Source: Paraspadella gotoi (Eukaryota; Animalia; Chaetognatha). Taken from it: a stretch of DNA of 6,936 bases. Within the stretch, counting starts at the first letter, position 1. The number at the start of each line of letters is the position of its first letter. The position numbers were made by a program, and so were the translations under genes. Below are positions 1-6,936 of this stretch, one piece after another. Location: the NCBI GenBank assembly GCA_051294375.1, contig JBJCIZ010000206.1:1-6936 (forward strand), read 5' to 3'. The notes beneath the pieces were generated by a model, which was given only the letters and a program-made list of their open reading frames with translations, was not told the origin of the DNA and ran no database searches.

Positions 1-1
1 C

Positions 2-455
2 GACTGTTACGTTCGCGGCGTCAACCCCATTGATATTGATAACGTTCTTAAGCGGGGAAGCGGTGCGCCGGGACCCTCTGCCGCCAGCCGAGACACTCCT
101 TACGTTCTCATTTACGAGCGGAATTCGTTGGAGGCTTCGACGCGAGTAGATCTGCCTGGATTTTCGATGGCGCCGACGCCGCGTGACTCTACCCGTGAAC
201 TCGTTGCCTTTGCTTCCGTGGCTCCCCGCCCGGGCGCGCTCCCCGTCGGGCGTCGGGCTTCGCCCTTTTGCCTCCGTCGGCCGCGTGCCGTCCGCTTTGG
301 CCGCTGCCTGCCGGCCCTCGCCTCCGGGCCCGCTGGCCCGCCGGCCGCCGCGGCCCCCTGGTGGAGGGGGCGGTGGTCGAACAGGCAGAGGGGGTGGTCC
401 GTGCGGAGGGCCCACCTTTGGCGGCTTGGGAAACGGACCGAGATTTGTGTTTTAA
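2..455 (+). CDS. USP38: 3' end (partial, frameshifted as written) of a ubiquitin-specific protease of the USP35/USP38 subfamily (peptidase C19)
   Basis: Frame starting at nt 2 is open from the window edge: DCYVRGVNPIDIDNVLKRGSGAPGPSAASRDTPYVLIYER. This fits the last USP boxes ((N)D-x-x-V ... DT[A/P]Y[V/M]L-x-Y; human USP35/38 have KDTAYVL[F/L]Y). The next frame ends GGGGGGRTGRGGGPCGGPTFGGLGNGPRFVF*(TAA 453-455), matching the Gly-rich, Cys-containing R[L/F]VF-stop C-terminus recalled for USP35/38. The two motifs are in different frames; the likely switch is the C5 run at 354-358. USP35 vs USP38 cannot be resolved. Confidence 0.75.
200..364 (+). other. Adenine-free tract inside the USP coding sequence (apparent A>C conversion)
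   Basis: Hand count over 165 nt: A=0, C=77, G=55, T=33. The flanking 1-199 has 37 A and 59 C. Confidence 0.9.
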
Positions 456-491
456 TTATTTTTTATTTCTAGTCTTTGGCTATCATGATGC

Positions 492-497
492 AATAAA
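492..497 (+). promoter_or_regulatory. Polyadenylation signal of the USP35/38-like gene
   Basis: AATAAA 36 nt after the TAA at 453-455, followed by a GT/T-rich stretch (gtttgttttttttt). Confidence 0.55.
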
Positions 498-764
498 AGT
501 TTGTTTTTTTTTCTAGATGTCATTTTCCTGTCTGTGTTAAGTTTCTTGTTTTAATAATATTATTATCTTGAGGGGGGGTATTGAAGAAATAGAAGGAAAA
601 TAATGGTATATTTCGCGCAGAGTAGAAACGAGAGAAAGTATTGCTAGACAAAATATACTGAGGGGCAGGAGGAGGAGAAAAGAAGAGGAAGAGGAGAATT
701 TGACGGCAGACTAAATCCTCCTCTGAATCAGCAGTACCTATGGCGCCGGACGTAGCGTGAGCTC

Positions 765-1112
765 NNNNNNNNNNNNNNNNNNNNNNNNNNNNNNNNNNNN
801 NNNNNNNNNNNNNNNNNNNNNNNNNNNNNNNNNNNNNNNNNNNNNNNNNNNNNNNNNNNNNNNNNNNNNNNNNNNNNNNNNNNNNNNNNNNNNNNNNNNN
901 NNNNNNNNNNNNNNNNNNNNNNNNNNNNNNNNNNNNNNNNNNNNNNNNNNNNNNNNNNNNNNNNNNNNNNNNNNNNNNNNNNNNNNNNNNNNNNNNNNNN
1001 NNNNNNNNNNNNNNNNNNNNNNNNNNNNNNNNNNNNNNNNNNNNNNNNNNNNNNNNNNNNNNNNNNNNNNNNNNNNNNNNNNNNNNNNNNNNNNNNNNNN
1101 NNNNNNNNNNNN
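765..1112. other. Assembly gap (348 N)
   Basis: Run of N. Confidence 1.
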
Positions 1113-1270
1113 ATAAAATATAAACAAATACGAATATTGATATGAAACATGATTATTTTAAAGATCTTGATGATTAGAAGCCATATATGAAATTTCAACT
1201 CCCTATGATATCACACTTTCAGAAGCCATGATTGCAAAAAAGCGTGACCGAAAGCTAAACCGAATCAAAA

Positions 1271-1304
1271 TCTAGCCAGGACGGGCTATGCCCGCCTGGC
1301 TCGA
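1271..1304. repeat. GC-rich stem-loop, possibly a Helitron/Helentron-type terminal hairpin
   Basis: tctaGCCAGG-a-CGGGC-tat-GCCCG-CCTGGC-tcga in AT-rich DNA. On the minus strand, CGGGC-ATA-GCCCG is followed 6 nt later by CTAG. Confidence 0.4.
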
Positions 1305-1707
1305 TAATAGAGGATATTTGTTTGTTTTGATAAAATGTAAACAAAACATTTAATAACTGTCCTGACTCAATTTTAAGGACATCGATGATAACAAGCAGAA
1401 TATAAATTATAATTAATTATTAATTATCGTAGGCAGATCCGACATTGTTTGCTCAAACTTGTTTTATTGTCCTTATATCATTAAATCTTTATGAGAAAAA
1501 TTTTTAAACCTATATAATACATTTTAAGGTCTTTTGGCTTACAGATTTTATCATCAATTTTTATTTACCTGTTTTAGTACTTTGTTGCTGTAAAAACCAA
1601 AAGTATATGTAAATTTGGTAAAAATTGGCTGAAAATTAAGTGTCCTGATTAAATTATAATAAAATAATATAACTAATGGTATTTAATATGTGCCTTACAC
1701 TTTAATC

Positions 1708-2052
1708 NNNNNNNNNNNNNNNNNNNNNNNNNNNNNNNNNNNNNNNNNNNNNNNNNNNNNNNNNNNNNNNNNNNNNNNNNNNNNNNNNNNNNNNNNNNNN
1801 NNNNNNNNNNNNNNNNNNNNNNNNNNNNNNNNNNNNNNNNNNNNNNNNNNNNNNNNNNNNNNNNNNNNNNNNNNNNNNNNNNNNNNNNNNNNNNNNNNNN
1901 NNNNNNNNNNNNNNNNNNNNNNNNNNNNNNNNNNNNNNNNNNNNNNNNNNNNNNNNNNNNNNNNNNNNNNNNNNNNNNNNNNNNNNNNNNNNNNNNNNNN
2001 NNNNNNNNNNNNNNNNNNNNNNNNNNNNNNNNNNNNNNNNNNNNNNNNNNNN
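1708..2052. other. Assembly gap (345 N)
   Basis: Run of N. Confidence 1.
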
Positions 2053-2582
2053 TTTCCATTTTCTTTTTCCTCCTATAAAAAGAACCGTGTTTAAGCAAAA
2101 TATTCATTATACTACAACTAGAGATATAGTGTTTTAGGTTCTGGCCATCAGGATAAAGATTTGCGGCGCTCGATATCGAAAAAACATAAATCGGGTATGA
2201 TTCAAGATCGCGCAGGAAAAAGCTGACTCGACATTTTTAGTTGTTGATTATTTTTTGCCTTTTGAATCTTGCACTCGGTAAAGACGGTCTGTTTTTTTCA
2301 CGTGAACCAGTTCCATAATCTCGTTGAACCTCTTTACCTTTGTCAGTTTCGTACGTTTCGATCTGCGACATTTCTATTTTGGTTTCTTTTTCTTCCATCT
2401 TTCCAAAAGTTTTTAATAAAGGTGGGTTTTCCTTTTCTTCATGTAATTTGATAAATGTAGTAATGCGGCGCAACACCTTGGAATAACCGTTTCTTGTTTT
2501 AGATTTTTTTAGAGTTATTTATTGTTGATGTCCCACTAGATCATGAGATGTGCATTAGGGCGTTTAAAAATAACAAAATATA

Positions 2583-3464
2583 ACAAATCGAATAAGGTAC
2601 ATAGCTATTTTAGTGTAATCAAATCTGTAGAATTCGATATTGATAATCATTTTTTTGTATAGTTTCATCTTCTTTGTCAAAAATGGCGATTTTTGCAGCA
2701 CATAAGGTACTATTCAAATGCAACAAACGTTGTAGAGTATAAGAAATTTAAATTATTACAATTTTATAAAAGCTATATTTAGCTTACTTAATATGAAAAT
2801 AAAGACCCATATAAATATTTCAGTAAGTTTATTTACAATTTTGTTATTTTATTAACTGTTTGATAGCTATATTTATTAATAAATAATAATAAAAAATAAG
2901 CTAAAATAAAAAAATTAAAATTTTAAAACCGGATTTGAATTCCTTACAAAAAGTTGATATGACAAATTCTTTTATTGAATTGGTTAAAAATATTAAAAAC
3001 TATTTATATTATATAATTTTTTAATTTTTGGATTAAAATTTTACTTTTTCTAAATTTTGACCAACTTAATGATATAATTTTGGAATAAAAATTATATTTT
3101 CCTATATCAACTTTTTGCAAGGATAAAATTTTAAAATTATTATTTTTTAACTTTAACCTAATTTTTACTCATAATTATTAATAAATATAGTTAACTAACT
3201 TTTTATAAATTATAAGATTTAAAAATAAACTTACAATAATATTTTTATAAGTCTTTATTTTTATATTTCAAAAGCTCATGTAAATTTTATTAAATTTTAA
3301 TAATTTGATTAATCATAACTTATAATTGTTTTTCTTTTTATGACAATTTTATATACATTAAAAATCGTCATTTTCGATAAGAAAAAATACAAAAAAATGG
3401 TCATCACCATCAAATTCTACAGACTATATTACACTAAAATAGCTATGTACCTTCTTCGATTTGT
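2583..3464. mobile_element. Non-autonomous foldback/MITE DNA transposon (882 bp), TA-flanked, with about 380-bp imperfect inverted arms
   Basis: TIR 2583-2619 ACAAATCGAATAAGGTACATAGCTATTTTAGTGTAAT matches the reverse complement of 3428-3464 at 36/37. TA lies at 2581-2582 and 3465-3466. Inverted similarity continues inward (e.g. TCCTTACAAAAAGTTGATAT 2941-2960 vs ATATCAACTTTTTGCAAGGA 3104-3123), leaving a spacer of about 140 bp. No transposase ORF is present. Confidence 0.85.
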
Positions 3465-3518
3465 TATTAAATTACTTTACCTTGAAATAGCCCTTGTTAT
3501 TATCATTTCAATGTATAT

Positions 3519-3543
3519 TTTCCTTTCCGTGATTTTTTTTCAG
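3519..3543 (+). promoter_or_regulatory. 3' splice acceptor (5'-UTR intron or trans-splice site) upstream of HSBP1
   Basis: Polypyrimidine tract ttcctttccgtgattttttttCAG ends at 3543, 88 nt before the ATG, with no ATG in between. Confidence 0.55.
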
Positions 3544-3631
3544 TTACGTAACCTTTATCATTCGGCAAACTCTTCCCAATTGTAGAGTATTGTATCCCGA
3601 TTGTATCTGCAAAACAATAAAGGGATCTACG

Positions 3632-3937
3632 ATGTCGGATGCGTCCAACAAAAATCCCACCCCAACCACCACAGCTTCCGTCGCCGCCGCCGCCACTTCG
3701 TCATCAACCAATGACGTCTCCTCCGTCATTGCGGTAACCAACGCTGCCGACCCGAAGAACATCCAGGATCTGACCACTTTTGTTCAGACGCTGCTGCAAC
3801 AAATGCAGGAACGTTTCCAGACTATGTCAGACCAGATCATCGCTAGGATCGATGACATGGGATCGAGGATCGACGATCTCGAGAAAAACATCTCAGAACT
3901 CATGACCCAAGCCGGGATGGATGAGCCCGAACAATGA
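3632..3937 (+). CDS. HSBP1: Heat shock factor-binding protein 1 (101 aa, coiled-coil), CDS in a single exon
   Basis: ATG at 3632 (context tacgATGt, A at -3) to TGA at 3935-3937. The core [56 protein letters not shown] aligns without gaps to the recalled human HSBP1 [56 protein letters not shown]. The ORF track's TTG start at 3590 is unlikely in a eukaryote. Confidence 0.96.
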   Translation: MSDASNKNPTPTTTASVAAAATSSSTNDVSSVIAVTNAADPKNIQDLTTFVQTLLQQMQERFQTMSDQIIARIDDMGSRIDDLEKNISELMTQAGMDEPEQ

Positions 3938-4110
3938 GAAGAGAGCTGGGGGAAGGGGGCAATGGGAGTATTGTGATGGAAGAAATTAAGGGGGAGAATA
4001 GAGGGTTTATGTTTGTATTTTATTTCAGATGTTTAAGATGAGTCAAAGAAATCATAAGGAATTTTTTTATGTTACAAGATTTGACATTCAAGCGATCTAC
4101 TTGCCGCCTG

Positions 4111-4116
4111 AATAAA
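4111..4116 (+). promoter_or_regulatory. Polyadenylation signal of HSBP1
   Basis: First AATAAA after the stop codon (173 nt downstream), giving a 3' UTR of about 190-200 nt. Confidence 0.6.
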
Positions 4117-4167
4117 TCAATTTCAACATCAAGTGGGTTGCAGGGCTTGTGTGCCTTCCCTATTCTC

Positions 4168-4249
4168 ATCCAAAGTTATTAAGTCTGAATGTCTGATCGG
4201 GCTGGAGTGGATGCTTAACTTGAGCTTAACTTTGGATAAACCTTAACCT
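4168..4249. repeat. Short inverted repeat with internal CTTAAC repeats (possible MITE remnant)
   Basis: ATCCAAAGTTA 4168-4178 / TAACTTTGGAT 4227-4237 form a perfect 11-bp inverted repeat. GCTTAACTT occurs at 4213 and 4224, and CCTTAACCT at 4241. Confidence 0.35.
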
Positions 4250-4564
4250 ACTGGTGGCTTGTCGGTCCGTCACTTATTATACCAGAGCCGTTTAAATCTT
4301 TGGGTTGGTGACCGTGTTAAATTTTTATGGAGTTTCTTACAATCAGGACGGTCGAGGAAAGTTTCATGGTTCAACGTAACGTTTTCTTTATAATTTTATT
4401 TTTACATTTTTTAACCGTACAAATAATTTACTCGGATTGACTCAATAATTTTTTACCTCGGTTAGATTGTAAATTTTTTTATTCTAGACTGTATAGGCAA
4501 GAATATATATTTAATAGTCACTTTGATTTTTTCGTCCATACTTTTTTTCCTCGAGATTTCAATA

Positions 4565-5221
4565 CAGAAGGATTCATATTATAAAATGAGGTACCCCTTT
4601 TTTGTGACCAGAATCTGTTCCCACCAAACTACCAGATCGAATTTCATGAAATTTTACATTTAGTTCTAATGACGCTATAAATAGAACTATCTAGGCGAAT
4701 TTTAATATTCAACTCCTGACAAAAGATACAGGGCCTTGGGGGCCAAAAAAGGCTAAACATTTTTTTATATTTTTTTATAATTTTTTAGTAGAATCAGGTT
4801 TATCGATGTCTTAAACATAAAAAGATTTTTTAAAACTAAAATTAATAAATTTTTTGCTAATTAATCGGTGTTTGAAGATTCATGGTTCATCGTTTTTCTC
4901 TTTATATTTCCAAATTATTGCAAATCTGACTTCAACCGCTTGTGTTCATGGTGCTAAAAATTAAGGTAAACTAATATTTTTATGGTAATAAATACGTTTT
5001 CGTGGAAAATTTTTGTCAATTTTTTGCTTCTATGGGTGATCCCTACCGGGCCCCATATCTAGGCTCAGGAGTCAAATATTGAAATTCGCCTCAATTTTTC
5101 TATTTGTATTCACAGAGGGATCGTTCATACCAAATTTCATTAAAATCTATTCAATAGTTTTCTCGGAACGTGTTCTGGTCACAAAAAAGGGGTACCTCAT
5201 TTTATAATATTAAGCCTTCTG
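4565..5221. mobile_element. Non-autonomous Tc1/mariner-type MITE (657 bp) with TA target-site duplication
   Basis: TA|CAGAAGG...CCTTCTG|TA. The 49-bp TIRs (4565-4613 / 5173-5221) match at 47/49, and degenerate inverted similarity extends to about 4735 / 5048. CAG...CTG ends and a TA duplication within an AATATT target are Tc1/mariner hallmarks. No ORF. Confidence 0.9.
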
Positions 5222-5374
5222 TATTAAATTTAAAATACTTTTCTTTCACGAAATATTTAGGCCCAGTCACCCAATGAAAAGTTTTCCCAATGAATCCTGG
5301 CATCCGCGCGGAGGGGCGGACGCTAGAGGCATCGATTTAATCTTACGCGGTTGACTGACGAGTTTTTTCCATGA

Positions 5375-5617
5375 TTAATAAATAATCGTTAAATGGTTAA
5401 CGATTAACTTCAAACCGAAATGACTTTTTTTGATTTTGGGGCGAAACTCGCGTTCGCACGTCAGGGGATGATCTTTAATGTCGACATCGAGGTTCTCAGG
5501 GGAGCGTTTAAGACGACCTCGCCTTCTCAGGGCGACATAGGAGCGATTGGGTTTAAAAGCAGTATAAGAACCGGCGCCATCGCTAACGGGGAGACTCAAC
5601 TCAGGTTGGAGACTACC
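5375..5617 (-). CDS. Possible coding exon of an unidentified gene (80 codons)
   Basis: GC-richer island. The open frame GSLQPELSLPVSDGAGSYTAFKPNRSYVALRRRGRLKRSPENLDVDIKDHPLTCEREFRPKIKKSHFG... starts right after a minus-strand TAG (5620-5618) that could be an acceptor. No recognisable domain and a weak polypyrimidine tract. Confidence 0.25.
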   Translation of the reverse strand, partial: GSLQPELSLPVSDGAGSYTAFKPNRSYVALRRRGRLKRSPENLDVDIKDHPLTCEREFRPKIKKSHFGLKLIVNHLTIIY

Positions 5618-5740
5618 CTATTTAATAGATTTTTTTTTCCAACCAAAGTGTTTTTACACCCGAAATGACGTTATGTATCGGTTTGTATGCTCAAGGGCTA
5701 TCAATTGCACCCAAATAAGATATTTTAAAAATCGCTATGG

Positions 5741-5757
5741 GTCACGTGACTTCCGGT
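5741..5757. promoter_or_regulatory. Overlapping palindromic E-box (GTCACGTGAC) and ETS site (ACTTCCGGT)
   Basis: Exact matches to the USF/TFEB CLEAR-type palindrome (5741-5750) and the class I ETS consensus (5749-5757). Function is not shown. Confidence 0.3.
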
Positions 5758-6748
5758 CATCTTTAAATTATAGCCTTCATGTAATTTTATTCCAATAGAC
5801 AAAAATTAAAAGAGAAAAATAGATAAACTGGCAAGATTAGATAATAATATATGAAAAAAATAATATAAAAATACTTAATTGGTCAAAATAATTAAGAAAA
5901 ACTAAATATAAATATTAATAAAGTTGAATATTACAACAATAATGCCTCTGCTTACAATCCTCGCATTCAGATAAAAAACTAGTTTTTCCAGCATTGTTCA
6001 GTTACTATTAACAAAAATAATTTAAATTGCCCCATAATTTAAATTATTAAATTTAGGCCAAAATACGGATTAGTTAAAACCATCTCCAGCTATTTCTAAT
6101 CATATAAGAGTAACATTTTTGAACTTTTAGGAAAAAAATCATGTCCATTTTCACTTTCGTCTTCAAATTTGAATGCCAAGGAAAGTTGAAAATTTTTTAT
6201 ATTTTGGAATTCCTTTCTTTCTTATCTTCCTCACCCTGAGTAAAATATTTTCCTTATATCATTCATAGTTCACTTATGAATTAATTTTAAAGTTGATAAG
6301 TCAAAAAGTCACAGTTTTAGTTTTTATTATAATTTATTAAACAAAAATAGTTTAAATTGGCTTAACTAACAGAAAATATAGCCACAGAATAAGCTTTTAA
6401 CACCTACAAACAATTTCCAGAAAAACTCATTTCGTTTAGCCATAGATAATTTTTAAAGACAATTATTTTGTGACTTGCATTTATTTTTAATAAAGATAAG
6501 ATTTTAAATTTATTTTATAGTTTTAACAGTTGAGGAACATACTGACGTTAATAAAACAAAAAAAACCGCATCCTTTTAAACCAATGGAAAGCGTCAGGAC
6601 TTGTTTTTTCTCAGAATCGACAGATTTACTAAATTTGTCAGGCAACCAAAATTGAAATAAAAATCATGAGATACCGTAAATTTCTTTTCTTATAATGGAT
6701 ATTAAGAAATTTCTTTGATTTGGCTCAATGTAAATGCAGAAAAGTAAT

Positions 6749-6936
6749 GGGAGGGAACAGGAAAGGGAGAACAAGAAAAGGAGAAGGGGAGAATGAGAGA
6801 GAAAGGGGAAAAGCATAAAAAAGAAGGCAAAGGAGAAAAAAAATAAGGAGATAAAGGAAAAGCGGAAAAAGAAGGGAAAAATGGAAAAAAAAAGAGGGGG
6901 GAAAAGAGGGGAAAAGAAAGAGAAGGCGATAAAAAA
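6749..6936 (+). repeat. Low-complexity polypurine (A/G) tract
   Basis: Only 12 pyrimidines in 188 nt, with no regular period. It runs off the window end. Confidence 0.85.

Noticed and set aside
200-364. DGR-type adenine mutagenesis or ADAR hyper-editing as cause of the A-free tract
   Set aside because: No reverse transcriptase or template/variable repeat pair is visible in the window, and the excess base is C, not G or a mix.
128-516. Three overlapping plus-strand ORFs as separate genes
   Set aside because: All stop codons contain A, so the A-free tract opens every frame. Only the USP-related parts of two frames have motif support.
728-1198. ORF-track entries spanning the first N run
   Set aside because: Open only because N codons contain no stops.
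1673-2107. ORF-track entries spanning the second N run
   Set aside because: Gap artefacts.
3340-3585. 81-aa hydrophobic ORF
   Set aside because: It lies across the AT-rich right arm of the foldback element and the polypyrimidine tract; its I/L/K/F/Y bias is that of non-coding AT-rich DNA.
2100-3631. Heat-shock elements giving HSF feedback on HSBP1
   Set aside because: I saw no array of three alternating nGAAn units by eye; a motif scan would be needed to exclude degenerate sites.
3544-3777. 77-aa minus-strand ORF
   Set aside because: Antisense shadow of the HSBP1 CDS.
2583-5221. Composite transposon carrying HSBP1 between two MITEs
   Set aside because: The two elements have unrelated TIRs and each is closed by its own TA pair, so they are independent insertions.
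1-6936. CRISPR array, tRNA, rRNA or prokaryotic operon
   Set aside because: No regularly spaced repeats or RNA-gene signatures; gene content and signals are eukaryotic.

Overview
AT-rich eukaryotic (probably invertebrate animal) draft scaffold with two assembly gaps (765-1112 and 1708-2052). The window opens in the 3' end of a USP35/USP38-type deubiquitinase gene. That coding end contains a 165-nt tract (200-364) with no adenine at all; its base composition and the protein motifs that can be restored point to wholesale A>C conversion plus a frameshift, most likely a sequencing or consensus artefact. The one complete gene is HSBP1 (heat shock factor-binding protein 1, 3632-3937, +), with an intronless CDS, a long S/T/A-rich N-terminal extension, an upstream TTTTCAG splice acceptor and a downstream AATAAA. 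It is flanked by two unrelated non-autonomous TA-flanked foldback/MITE DNA transposons (2583-3464 and 4565-5221). The rest comprises small hairpins, a GC-richer island with a possible minus-strand exon and an E-box/ETS motif, AT-rich DNA and a terminal polypurine tract. Protein family calls come from recalled motifs, not database searches.
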